A DNA stretch of 32,000 nucleotides, from assembly GCF_000025125.1 (NCBI RefSeq), contig NC_013771.1, positions 1,260,001-1,292,000 on the forward strand, written 5' to 3'. The position numbers and the translations under genes are program-made. Position 1 is the stretch's first letter. Every line of letters starts with the position of its first letter. Under the pieces are notes generated by a model. The model saw only the letters and a list, made by a program, of their open reading frames with translations. It searched no databases and was not told the origin of the DNA. Below are positions 8,996 through 18,598 of the stretch, piece by piece. The stretch comes from Candidatus Atelocyanobacterium thalassa isolate ALOHA. GTDB taxonomy: Bacteria; Cyanobacteriota; Cyanobacteriia; Cyanobacteriales; Microcystaceae.

Positions 8996-9268
8996 TTTAT
9001 CTGCATTATTCAGTATTTGACATGATTGTATCTCTAAATAACAAATTAGTTTAACTTTTAATTAAGAAGTCATAATATTGAATCTTGATAAAAAATATTT
9101 AAGAAGTGATTTAAAACAAATATCATATAATATTTTAAATATTTTATATCTATTATTTTAATAGCACATATAAGTAAATTTATATTACCGTTATGTTGTA
9201 GTCTTAAAATTCAGTTAGATCTTATTTTTCTTCTAAATTAAATATGACGCTGTTACAAAGAACAACTT

Positions 9269-10168
9269 ATGCTAGGATTTGTCGGTTTAAATAAACCATC
9301 AGGGTTAACATCCCATGACTGTATTAGTAGGTTAAGAAAATTATTTAAGTTTAAAAAAATAGGTCATGGAGGTACTTTAGATCCTTCAGCTACAGGTGTC
9401 CTACCTATAGCTATAGGTAAAGCAACACGCTTGATACCTTTTTTACCAAAAAATAAAGCTTACAAAGCTACCATAATTTTTGGCTTGAAAACTCGAACAG
9501 ATGACTTGGAAGGGGAAATTATTAGAGTAAAATCTGGGATTGGTCTCACCTTAGAAGATGTCAAAAGTTTATTAAACAACTTTATAGGAAATATTGAACA
9601 GATTCCACCTTTGTATAGTGCCATTCAAAAGAATGGGAAACGTTTATATTTTTCTGCTAGAGAGGGGGAAAAGGTAGATATTCCATCAAGAACAGTTAGA
9701 ATCGACACTATCAAAATACTAGACTGGCATCCTGGTGAGTTTCCAGAATTAACAATTAATATTCAATGTGGCTCAGGAACTTATATTAGATCCTTAGCTA
9801 GAGATTTGGGCGAAAAGTTAGGTATTGGTGGGACTTTAGCTAAGCTTGTCAGAACAAAAAGTTGTGGAATTATATTGCCAGATACATCAACTCTAGAAAG
9901 AATAAGTAAACAGTTCAAATACAATGAATTTACTTTAATTAAACCAGAATATTTATTAAAAGAACTTCCTTCCTTGAAATTATCTTCAAAAGAAAGTATG
10001 TGTTGGTGTCAAGGACAAAAAATATTGATTAATATTCCAAAATTAGAGTTATTTTCTAAATTTATCCGAGTCAAGAACGAAGAAGAATTTTTAGGAATAG
10101 GTTGTTACGTATCTGATGGCAAGGATGACTTTCTTAAACCTAAAGTTGTTATCAAAGAAATTCTTTAG
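9269..10168 (+). CDS. truB: tRNA pseudouridine(55) synthase
   Basis: GLNKPSGLTSHD, GHGGTLDPSATGVLPI (catalytic Asp), IPPLYSAIQKNGKRLY and GSGTYIRSLARDLG. Confidence 0.9.
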   Translation: MLGFVGLNKPSGLTSHDCISRLRKLFKFKKIGHGGTLDPSATGVLPIAIGKATRLIPFLPKNKAYKATIIFGLKTRTDDLEGEIIRVKSGIGLTLEDVKSLLNNFIGNIEQIPPLYSAIQKNGKRLYFSAREGEKVDIPSRTVRIDTIKILDWHPGEFPELTINIQCGSGTYIRSLARDLGEKLGIGGTLAKLVRTKSCGIILPDTSTLERISKQFKYNEFTLIKPEYLLKELPSLKLSSKESMCWCQGQKILINIPKLELFSKFIRVKNEEEFLGIGCYVSDGKDDFLKPKVVIKEIL

Positions 10169-10427
10169 TGTAGATTTTAATAAAGTGCAACCATAATATC
10201 TACTTAAATAAAAAAGTTATTCAATAGATTGTGTATGCAACTGTAATTTTTTGATAAAAGTTGTTTATCTTATTTTTACAAAAGTAAACAAGGCTGGATA
10301 AACTAACTTATTGAGTAGTTTTATATAGAATTATATATTTTTATAATATTCACTATACTTATTAAATATATATACTGATGATTTATTTTGATTAATAAAT
10401 GTACAAAAATGGAGAGTAGTTAATAAA

Positions 10428-11630
10428 GTGCCATATCAAGAATTGACTCAGAAAATTGTAACTCCAGATATTTACAGTTCTTATTTTTCTAAAATTACTT
10501 GTCAGAGAGCATGGATGCAAATAGATCTTGATGCTTTAACTTATAATGTAACTCAAATTAAAAATTTACTATCTACTGGAACTGCATTAATGGCAGTTGT
10601 AAAAGCAGATGGTTATGGTCACGGAGGTGTTACTGTTGCTAAGACAGTACTTAAAGCTGGGGCAAATGCTTTGGCAGTAGCCACATTAATGGAAGGAATA
10701 GAATTGCGTGAAGCAGGAGTTAATTCACCAATACTAGTATTAGGCGTAACAAATACACCTGAGGAAGTAGTGGCAAACATACACTGGAATTTGGAAGCTA
10801 CAATCTGCTGTTTAGAGCAAGCTTTTATGATTTCCAGAACTTTATCTCAATATAAAAAACAATTATCTGTCCATCTTAAATTAGATACAGGAATGTCTCG
10901 CTTAGGAACTCCTTGGTATCAAGGAACTAGATTAATTAAATTAGTACATAAGTTGCCATATTTGAAGCTATCAGGTATTTATTCTCATCTTTCTGCATCT
11001 GATGATCCGGATAAAGAAAGCATAGAATTACAGCATCAGCGTTTTGAAACAGTAGTTTCTGATCTGAAAAACCAGAATAAATTTTGCCTACATTTTGCTA
11101 ATTCTGCAGCTACAATTAATTATCCTCAGTTACACTATAATCTTGTGAGAGTAGGATTAGCTCTGTACGGAATCTATCCATCTCCTCATTTGCGTTCTCA
11201 AGTTTCCTTAAAGCCTATATTGCAGGTTAAAGCAAAAATTACTCAAATTAAAACTATCTCTCAAGGCACGAAAGTTAGTTATGGCAACCAATTTACTAGT
11301 AAACATTCCATGATAATTGCAATAGTTAGTATTGGCTATGCTGATGGTGTTCCTCGAAATTTATCCAATCGACTTCAAGTATTGATTCATGGCCAAAGGG
11401 CTCATCAGATTGGGGCTATTACTATGGATCAATTAATACTAGATGTAAGTCATGTAAAAGATATAAAAGTTGGGGATATAGTAACATTAATTGGTAAGGA
11501 TGGAGAGCAAGAAATTACAGCAAATGACTGGGCTTTAGAGTTGGGGACTATCTCCTGGGAAATTCTTTGTGGTTTTAAGCGTCGACTACCTAGGGTTAAT
11601 ATTCAAAATATTCCTAATAAAAATAAATAA
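10428..11630 (+). CDS. alr: Alanine racemase
   Basis: AVVKADGYGHG (PLP Lys), HLKLDTGMSRLG, VSYG, GYADG and ITMDQL. GTG start. Confidence 0.9.
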   Translation: MPYQELTQKIVTPDIYSSYFSKITCQRAWMQIDLDALTYNVTQIKNLLSTGTALMAVVKADGYGHGGVTVAKTVLKAGANALAVATLMEGIELREAGVNSPILVLGVTNTPEEVVANIHWNLEATICCLEQAFMISRTLSQYKKQLSVHLKLDTGMSRLGTPWYQGTRLIKLVHKLPYLKLSGIYSHLSASDDPDKESIELQHQRFETVVSDLKNQNKFCLHFANSAATINYPQLHYNLVRVGLALYGIYPSPHLRSQVSLKPILQVKAKITQIKTISQGTKVSYGNQFTSKHSMIIAIVSIGYADGVPRNLSNRLQVLIHGQRAHQIGAITMDQLILDVSHVKDIKVGDIVTLIGKDGEQEITANDWALELGTISWEILCGFKRRLPRVNIQNIPNKNK

Positions 11631-11745
11631 TTATAAAGTTGATAATATTAAAATTAGTTTTGTTGTTTTATTCATTTATTGTTAGAAATCTTTCAAAAAG
11701 TAAAAAGGTATTAGTAATATTTACAAGTAATAGTTATTGTAAAAA

Positions 11746-12267
11746 ATGTCAACATTACGTTCTATAGTAATAAATCAAGAAAAAACTGACGATATTTATG
11801 AAATATATCTTTTAGAACCTACAAGATATATTTTAAATAATTATTCTCAGTTATTTGCTAGTTGGGGTAAATCTCCTCATTCATTAATAATAGTTTTATT
11901 ATATTCTACAATACCTTTGAATAATAACTGTGCGCGAGTTAGGAGAGAAAAAAATAGATTAAAAGAAAATTTCTTAAGACTAGGAAAAACTATCCAATTA
12001 ACTTTACAGAAGAAGCAATACTTGGTTGAAATTATAGATCCTCAAGATGGAAAACCACTCAACTCAACTTCTGATCAGATTTTTTTAGATAGTGTAGCAG
12101 TTGTTCATAAGTCATTGATGATGCACTATATATCTTTCGGAAAATGTAAGCTACTACACCATCCATTCCAAAAAACAAGTATTTATCCAGGCTTAATGAT
12201 AACAAATGCTAAAACTGAAAGAATTAGAGATTTGATAACAGCAAAAATCGTTTCAGATTCAAAATAA
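11746..12267 (+). CDS. Hypothetical protein (173 aa); faint resemblance to MMADHC-like proteins that I cannot substantiate
   Basis: A clean 173-codon ORF in AT-rich DNA. I recognise no catalytic motif. Confidence 0.5.
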   Translation: MSTLRSIVINQEKTDDIYEIYLLEPTRYILNNYSQLFASWGKSPHSLIIVLLYSTIPLNNNCARVRREKNRLKENFLRLGKTIQLTLQKKQYLVEIIDPQDGKPLNSTSDQIFLDSVAVVHKSLMMHYISFGKCKLLHHPFQKTSIYPGLMITNAKTERIRDLITAKIVSDSK

Positions 12268-12305
12268 AATAAGTTACTTATACTTAGCTACTATTACTAA
12301 TAATG

Positions 12306-12336
12306 AAAACACCTTATTAAAAATTAAGGTTTTGTT
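12306..12336 (+). terminator. Weak hairpin plus T-rich tail between the convergent hypothetical ORF and rpsF
   Basis: acctta (12311-12316) pairs with taaggt (12325-12330), followed by tttgtt. Flanking A/T pairs need a bulge. Confidence 0.25.
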
Positions 12337-12428
12337 ATGTTTCTAAGAATATATTTCTTTATAAAAAATTACACTACCTGAAAGCAATAAAGTATAAATG
12401 ATTTCAGAATAGTGTAAAAAGTAATAGA

Positions 12429-12854
12429 TTAATCTTCAGAAGCTATAGGTTCTACTGTTTTTGCTTCAGAAGTTTTAGGATTATTATTGTCTAGTTCTTC
12501 TGATTTTTTTACTATCTCAGGGTTGATCTCATTATTATCAAGCTCAGAAGTTTGTTCAATTAAGTCTTCTTCTACTTTAATCGTAAGATAGCGTAATACG
12601 TCTTCCTCTAAACGCATTATTCTTTCTAAAGGTTCAATCTGCGTACCATCTGCTTGATAATTAAATTGAACATATATACCATCAAGCTTTTTTTGAATAG
12701 GATAAGCAAGACGGCGTTTGCCCCAGACATTTACCTTAATATCTATAGCATTATTTTTGATTAAGAAATCTTGATATTTAGTTACAGCTTGATTTGCCTG
12801 TTCCTCAGATAAATCAGGTCGTAAAATGTAAATCATTTCATAGTGTTGGCTCAT
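12429..12854 (-). CDS. rpsF: 30S ribosomal protein S6 with an extended acidic C-terminal tail
   Basis: N-terminus [15 protein letters not shown]......[16 protein letters not shown] lies 8 nt upstream of the ATG. The tail carries an ELDNN repeat. Confidence 0.9.
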   Translation of the reverse strand: MSQHYEMIYILRPDLSEEQANQAVTKYQDFLIKNNAIDIKVNVWGKRRLAYPIQKKLDGIYVQFNYQADGTQIEPLERIMRLEEDVLRYLTIKVEEDLIEQTSELDNNEINPEIVKKSEELDNNNPKTSEAKTVEPIASED

Positions 12855-13282
12855 TACTTTAAACTCCTTTTGGGCATACTGGCTTCTAACTTGGTCATAT
12901 TTTCTGATTGAGAAGCAAGGATTTTTGAAAACTAACTAATATAGAGCAATAAAATTTTACTTTTAATAGAAATCTTTCAATACTATACATTACCACTGTA
13001 TATAACTATCTTGCAAAAGATAAATCAGATATAGCTAATTTAACTGATTATTAATGTTTATGCCAATAATTTAAAATTACTTAAAAGTCAATTAGCTTCA
13101 ATTAAAGCTTTTTTAGCTTAGTTGAATAGTCTTAAGCACTAATATTTAAAAAAAATATTTAAATCTAACATCTATAAAAAGTCTATATTTTTTATACTAG
13201 AAATTACTTTAACTAAAATTTTGACATACATATAAAAAAATAATTAACTATCTTGGAACTACTTAAATTTATTAGATATTTA

Positions 13283-13359
13283 TTTCCTAGTTATATCTTT
13301 ATTTTCTTAAAGATTTATTAATTAAAGCTTTAAGAAAAATAGATAATATAACTAGGAAA
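13283..13359. repeat. 77-nt imperfect palindrome or long hairpin, 51 nt downstream of the Tic20-like gene
   Basis: Outer 14-bp perfect stem (13283-13296 with 13346-13359). Inner 11-bp perfect stem (13302-13312 with 13328-13338). Asymmetric internal loop and 15-nt apical loop. Confidence 0.65.
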
Positions 13360-13409
13360 GTGACCTAAAAAGCTTAATAAGATTTCTTAAGCTAACAATT
13401 TAAAGTTAA

Positions 13410-13916
13410 TTAACGAATACGGGAATATGCAGCTTCAGAAATAGTAGGAATTTCTGCATATCGGCCTAATGTACTTTGGAACATAGAATAATAAGAAGCA
13501 ATAAGACCGCCTAGAAAGATAAGACTGTAAAAAGTTTCTATCAACAATCCACTGTGTCCTAAAGCAGGTATTAAAACATATTGCATTACGATTCTTGCTA
13601 AAGCTAATGAAATTGATATGAGAATAGATTGCATTGTGTTGTAACGAATAAAATGACTAATTTTTTCGTTTCTGACAACTGCTGCAAAAAGTATAATAAA
13701 TACTGCGAAGCTAGCAAAGCTACCCAGAGGTCCCAATAAAGATGCGATAAGTCCATAGCTTAATTCTATTGGTAAAGCAGGGAAGCAGAAAAAGCCAAAG
13801 GCAGGAAACTGTTGTAAAAGAAAGCTTCCAAAAAATAAAGTATCATAAATAGCAAAACAATAAACTATGATTCCAAAAATGCGATCTGGTATACTTACTG
13901 ATCCACGCCACGTCAT
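13410..13916 (-). CDS. Tic20-like inner-membrane protein (cyanobacterial homologue of the chloroplast Tic20 family)
   Basis: Four predicted hydrophobic helices and an N-terminus MTWRGSVSIPDRIFGIIVY typical of cyanobacterial Tic20-like proteins. AAGGAG lies 8 nt upstream of ATG 13916, so I reject the GTG at 13955 used by the track. Confidence 0.65.
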   Translation of the reverse strand: MTWRGSVSIPDRIFGIIVYCFAIYDTLFFGSFLLQQFPAFGFFCFPALPIELSYGLIASLLGPLGSFASFAVFIILFAAVVRNEKISHFIRYNTMQSILISISLALARIVMQYVLIPALGHSGLLIETFYSLIFLGGLIASYYSMFQSTLGRYAEIPTISEAAYSRIR

Positions 13917-14059
13917 TGTTAATACTCCTTTATTACAGAAAAGATTAAACAACACTAATGTACAACATTTATTAAAAATAATATTATCTAGTTTTAATCT
14001 ATATAAATTTACCTACAAGTTTTTTTAGAATAATGATTAGTATTGTAGAATTTATAAAT

Positions 14060-14599
14060 TTACTTTAGATCCAATAAACCTTTTTCTTTCAATTTAGGAT
14101 TAAATCGGATTTCAACATTACTTCCACGATCTGAAAGTGATTTTTCAATATTGTTTTGTACTTGTCTAGCAATTGTTTTTAAGAGTTTTATTTGAGATAT
14201 TTCATTACCATTAGCATAGTCTTTTTTATCTTCTTCTGTCATTTGTATTTTTGCATCAATAGGTTGAGTCCACAATGCCTGATGTTCTAAACTCTCAAGA
14301 ATAGAATTTTTATACTGGCTGATCCAGTCTTTCTTAATTTGTTCTAGGATACTACGGTTAGGATTATCTATTGTTTCAAATTTAAGCCAATAACAATTAT
14401 TCGGTTGACGAACTAAATGTTGTTTTAAGCTTAAATAAATATCGCGAGAATAGCCTATAAACTGAATGTGCTTGTTTTTATTAAAAATTGCATAAACTCC
14501 TATCTTTTTGTGTAATTTTTCGTTTATCAATCCGTCATTATCTAAATATGGAAAAAAATTCAATGACTGTAAATCTGATGTTATGTTCTTGATAGTCAT
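14060..14599 (-). CDS. Stand-alone GIY-YIG nuclease-superfamily domain protein
   Basis: GVYAIF ... IQFIGYSRDIYLSLKQH ... LEQIKKDWI matches the GIY / YIG / Arg / Glu spacing of the GIY-YIG fold. Confidence 0.6.
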   Translation of the reverse strand: MTIKNITSDLQSLNFFPYLDNDGLINEKLHKKIGVYAIFNKNKHIQFIGYSRDIYLSLKQHLVRQPNNCYWLKFETIDNPNRSILEQIKKDWISQYKNSILESLEHQALWTQPIDAKIQMTEEDKKDYANGNEISQIKLLKTIARQVQNNIEKSLSDRGSNVEIRFNPKLKEKGLLDLK

Positions 14600-14945
14600 A
14601 ATTTTGGGAGATAAAATTATAGTTAGTAAATAATATTTTTGTTCATATATACTATTCAGGTGAAAGACTGAATATTTTCAAATATATAATAACTCATACA
14701 AGTATGATTCTAAAAATTACACTTATGTAACAAAGATAATTAGACATTTAGCAAATTTAAATTATTTAAATGTTTTTTGTAATCTTAAAGTTATGATTGT
14801 TTGAATTTAATAGTTAACTAATATTTTATTAAAATTATCAATTTAAACTTTGAAGTACATTTCAATATATTCTGAATATTATCTAGCAATTATCGTATGC
14901 TATTAATTTCAACTTTTTGGACAAACAATTACTTAGTTTAACCTC

Positions 14946-14954
14946 TGTTATAAT
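14946..14954 (+). promoter_or_regulatory. Extended -10 element (TGtTATAAT), candidate promoter for tRNA-Ser
   Basis: tgttataat at 14946-14954 ends 20 nt upstream of the mature tRNA 5' end. There is no good -35 at 17 bp. Confidence 0.35.
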
Positions 14955-14973
14955 AGTATGCGTTCATTATTTT

Positions 14974-15058
14974 GGAGAGGTGGCAGAGTGGTTGAATGCG
15001 GTAGTCTCGAAAACTATTTTGTCGCAAGGCAACGAGGGTTCGAATCCCTCTCTCTCCG
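14974..15058 (+). tRNA. tRNA-Ser (anticodon CGA), type II with a long variable arm; CCA not encoded
   Basis: Folded by hand. Acceptor GGAGAGG/TCTCTCC (one G-U), 3-bp D stem, anticodon stem GTAGT/ACTAT with loop CU-CGA-AA, 5-bp variable stem, T arm GAGGG-TTCGAAT-CCCTC, discriminator G. Confidence 0.9.
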
Positions 15059-15192
15059 TCATAAATATCAAATATTTAAAATATTATTTGTTATTATATG
15101 TAATTCTTATTAATTAGAGAATTATTGACTGCTTTCAAGAAACAAGAAAGTTTAATGGCTTATGACATAAATTAAATTTGTACTAAATATTA

Positions 15193-15774
15193 TTATTTTA
15201 AGTAAGCTGGCTGTTTGTACAAAGAGCCTAATCTGTCAAAAGGCCAAAAACGAACGAAGGCTTTACCGATAATCTTTTTTTTAGGTACAAAGCCCCAATA
15301 ATGGGAATCATAACTATTATTTCTATTATCTCCAAGAACAAGATATTCATCTTCTGGTATTCTGCTAGGTCCATAATTATAATCAGGAGCTTCAAAAATA
15401 TATTCTTCAGATATTTTCTTTCCGTTTACATATACTTTTCCTGTTTTTACTTCAACTATTTCTCCAGGAAGTCCTATAATTCTTTTAATAAATGCATCTT
15501 TAAAGTTTTCTGCTTTAAGTGACTCTGTTGGATTAAAAACTATTACATCTCCTCGAATTGGTTCTCGAAAGAGATAACTTAACTTTTCAATAATTAAACG
15601 ATCATTAACTTCTAAAGTTGGCCTCATAGAAGAAGAAGGAATATAACGTGCTTCAGCAATAAATGTTCGAATACCTAAAGAGAGAACAGCTGCAGTGACA
15701 ATAGTTTGTATTAATTCGATCCAAGGATTATTTTTAGAAAACTGAGAACCTTTATTCTTTGAACTTTGAGTCAT
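15193..15774 (-). CDS. lepB: Signal peptidase I
   Basis: N-terminal TM segment, SSSMRPTL (catalytic Ser), KRIIGLPGE (catalytic Lys) and GDNRNNSYDSHYWGFV. Confidence 0.9.
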   Translation of the reverse strand: MTQSSKNKGSQFSKNNPWIELIQTIVTAAVLSLGIRTFIAEARYIPSSSMRPTLEVNDRLIIEKLSYLFREPIRGDVIVFNPTESLKAENFKDAFIKRIIGLPGEIVEVKTGKVYVNGKKISEEYIFEAPDYNYGPSRIPEDEYLVLGDNRNNSYDSHYWGFVPKKKIIGKAFVRFWPFDRLGSLYKQPAYLK

Positions 15775-16259
15775 ATTAAGGATATGTTATTTAATTAAAA
15801 ATTAATATTCTAAAACTTTGTTTAACAGAAAAATATCTAATTTTTAAGTCTACTATTCAAAAGAAAACTTAGTTTCTTAATTTAATAGAGAAATGCTTTA
15901 ATAGCCTTATTGTTTCTATCTATCAAGTTCTTTTTTTTATAACAAATCTTTGATAAATCAGGCATTAATCAAGAACAGCAAAATTCGTATTAGATATTAT
16001 TGTTAATATAATATTTGATACGACGCTTCTGATTTAACTTTGTTGCCTTAAATTAATAACTTTAATATTTCTTCTTACAAAGATTAAACTAAAAGATTTC
16101 ACTTTTCAAAATTTGTACCAAATTATCACAACTATAATTTCAAGTCAAAAGAAATTAGATAGAATAATGTATTAACAATACTTTACTTACTATTACTAAT
16201 AAGACGGGCTATACTAATGTTTTAAAATGAAAATATCTATGCAATAAAAATAATATAAT

Positions 16260-17474
16260 TTATTTTTTTATTTCTTGATTAATTGTTTTAATTTTCATTA
16301 AAAAATATTCTTGATCATAATTTAGAGAACGAGCTAAGATCAATCCTTCCTTAAAAGCAGATAAGGCAAGATCATATTGAAATTTCTCCATATAAATTTC
16401 TCCTACTATGCCATATGTTTTCATTAATCCATAATAGTTATAAGATATTTTTTCAATTTGGAGTAACTTTTGATAAATTTGTAAAGCATAATCAACTTGT
16501 TTATAATTTTCGTAAAGAGATGATAGTTTTGTTAATGCTTCTTCTGCAACTCTAAATAACTTTAACTTCCAAGCTAAAGTATAAGCTTCTTGATAATTTT
16601 TACTTGCTATTTCTGGTTGGTCTAAAAGTTGATAATCTTGACCTATATCAACTTTAAGTGAAGGGATAAAGTGTATTTTTTGAGTTAAAAAATAGCTTTT
16701 TACTAATTTTTCTTTAATGTTTACAGAGTTATTAGTTTGTAGAGATGCATTATAAATGCTAGATAAGATTTGTAAATAAAACTGTTCTAAATAAGCGTTC
16801 TTTTTGATTTGTGCTCTGTATAATAATTTTTCATAAATTTTTGCAGCATTTGGAAAATCAAATTTAGCTAAATATAGTTTTCCTAGCCCTTGTAATGACT
16901 TCTCTGCAATCAGTGTAATTTGCTTTTTTTGAGCATATTTTAAAATCTTTTTATAAATTGTAATAGAATCGTCTAAGCTGTTAAGCTGAAAATATGCATC
17001 TGCTAAAGCTATTAAAAAATTTAAGCTCACGGAATTTTCTTGTTCAGAAATTTTATGCAAGTTTGAAATACGTTTACTAATAACTTGTACGTCTTCTTTC
17101 CTAGCTAATTCCCATGCAATTTTCCCTATCTCTCCCAACCTATTGAGTTCTTCAATTCTGCCTAAAACTCTTCTTAGTCTTAATTCTCTATACCAAATCG
17201 TAAAAGCGAGATCTACATCACCTGCACGCATTTCTCTCTGCGCTTTCTGATTTAACTGATTGAGATTTTCTCTTAATTGAGTCTTTTCTAAAATTGTTAA
17301 AGGACGAATAATATGCGGAATTAAAGAATCTTCTAGAGGTATTTCTAAAGGGTCTAAGACAGGCTCTGGTAAAGATAATGCCAAGTTATGCAAGAAAATA
17401 TAATTATTGAGACCAATAAGAAAGGCTACACTTCCAAGAGAACGAATTTTATTTGTAGAAAAAAAATGAATCAT
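16260..17474 (-). CDS. TPR-repeat protein with an N-terminal hydrophobic segment
   Basis: Repeated about 34-aa A/Y/L-patterned helical units (for example DDSITIYKKILKYAQ, NAAKIYEKLLYRAQ, ALQIYQKLLQIEK, LALSAFKEGLILAR). Confidence 0.7.
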   Translation of the reverse strand: MIHFFSTNKIRSLGSVAFLIGLNNYIFLHNLALSLPEPVLDPLEIPLEDSLIPHIIRPLTILEKTQLRENLNQLNQKAQREMRAGDVDLAFTIWYRELRLRRVLGRIEELNRLGEIGKIAWELARKEDVQVISKRISNLHKISEQENSVSLNFLIALADAYFQLNSLDDSITIYKKILKYAQKKQITLIAEKSLQGLGKLYLAKFDFPNAAKIYEKLLYRAQIKKNAYLEQFYLQILSSIYNASLQTNNSVNIKEKLVKSYFLTQKIHFIPSLKVDIGQDYQLLDQPEIASKNYQEAYTLAWKLKLFRVAEEALTKLSSLYENYKQVDYALQIYQKLLQIEKISYNYYGLMKTYGIVGEIYMEKFQYDLALSAFKEGLILARSLNYDQEYFLMKIKTINQEIKK

Positions 17475-17678
17475 AATAATTAATAAAAAATTTTTAATTA
17501 GAAATAATTTTAAAACTTTAGTTATATTTATAAATGTTAGTCTGTGCCTACTTTTTTATCCAAAAAAATAATGATTAATTTATATACTTTAAAGATATTT
17601 CTTCATGCAAAAACTTACTATCTCTTATTTCTCAAAGTATAAATTATAATATTTGTTAATAGGTATTACAGTTTTTAT

Positions 17679-18539
17679 TTATGACTTATTTCGTCGTGGG
17701 TTAAATTTTTCTTTAGAACGAATCTGTTTGTATAAAAATAATTCTTCTTCACTAATTTCTGAAGGAATAGCTATGTTTATTTCTAAAAATTGATCTCCTC
17801 TTTGTCCCAATTCATCAAAATATCCTTTATTGGCTAGACGAAGTTTTTGTCCGGCTTGAATACCTTTAGGAACTGTTATTTTAACCATACCATCAATTGT
17901 AGGAACAGTAATCTCTTCTCCTAGTATTGCTTCACTTGGGGTCAATAAAATTTCGTAAATAATATCTATATTTTTTAACTTAAAAAAAGCATGGGGTGTT
18001 ATTAATATTTCAAGGTATAAATCTCCTCCATTAAGTCCTTGATTTTTAAGTCTAATTTTTTGCCCACTAATCATTTTGGATGGCATATCTACTTCTATAG
18101 ATCTACCATCCTCTAAGCGTATTCTTTCTCTTCCTCCACAATAAGCTTTCTCTAAAGAAATATTTAATTTAGCTTCAACATCTTGTGCATTATGCAAAGA
18201 GCTGACAGTCTTCGCTTTTTTATTAGCATCAGAATTAAAATTTATATTTTTAAATTTTGAAAAATTTCTTTTTTGTTCGTTATTTTGAGAATGAAACGAA
18301 AAAGAATCATATCTTTTTTTGTTAAATTTTAAACGATTATAATCTGCTCTTTTAGTTTCATCTGATAAAATATTATAAGCTTCATTAATACTTTTAAATT
18401 TTTCTTCTGATGTTTTATTCCCTGGATTAACATCAGGATGATATTTTCGAGCAAGTTTACGAAAAGATGCTTTAATTTCTTCTGCAGTAGCATTTTTCGT
18501 AACTTCTAAGATTGTGTAATAGTCATGAATTTGTTGCAT
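17679..18539 (-). CDS. J-domain co-chaperone lacking the Gly/Phe region and zinc finger (type II/CbpA-like; DnaJ3-like partner of the upstream Hsp70)
   Basis: J domain DYYTILEV...KYHPDVNPG...INEAYNILSD. DnaJ C-terminal beta domains (GQKIRLKNQGL, GQKLRLANKGY). No CxxCxGxG repeats. Lies 59 nt downstream of dnaK. Confidence 0.85.
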   Translation of the reverse strand: MQQIHDYYTILEVTKNATAEEIKASFRKLARKYHPDVNPGNKTSEEKFKSINEAYNILSDETKRADYNRLKFNKKRYDSFSFHSQNNEQKRNFSKFKNINFNSDANKKAKTVSSLHNAQDVEAKLNISLEKAYCGGRERIRLEDGRSIEVDMPSKMISGQKIRLKNQGLNGGDLYLEILITPHAFFKLKNIDIIYEILLTPSEAILGEEITVPTIDGMVKITVPKGIQAGQKLRLANKGYFDELGQRGDQFLEINIAIPSEISEEELFLYKQIRSKEKFNPRRNKS

Positions 18540-18598
18540 ATATACAATGTTAAAAAGAATTTAGAATGGTTAGAATTAAAATTGATTTGCTCTAAAAC

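Noticed and set aside
12881-12916. rpsF 5'-leader hairpin as an S6:S18 autoregulatory leader
   Set aside because: It has only a 6-bp stem (gcttct/agaagc) with a 23-nt loop. I could not match it to the conserved features of the known rpsF leader, so it is too weak to call.
13283-13359. MITE interpretation of the long palindrome
   Set aside because: There is no flanking target-site duplication, and I saw no second copy of the arms elsewhere in the window. I kept it only as an unexplained hairpin.
14917-15117. 66-aa plus-strand ORF
   Set aside because: It spans the tRNA-Ser(CGA) gene (14974-15058). The open frame is a by-product of the GC-richer tRNA sequence.
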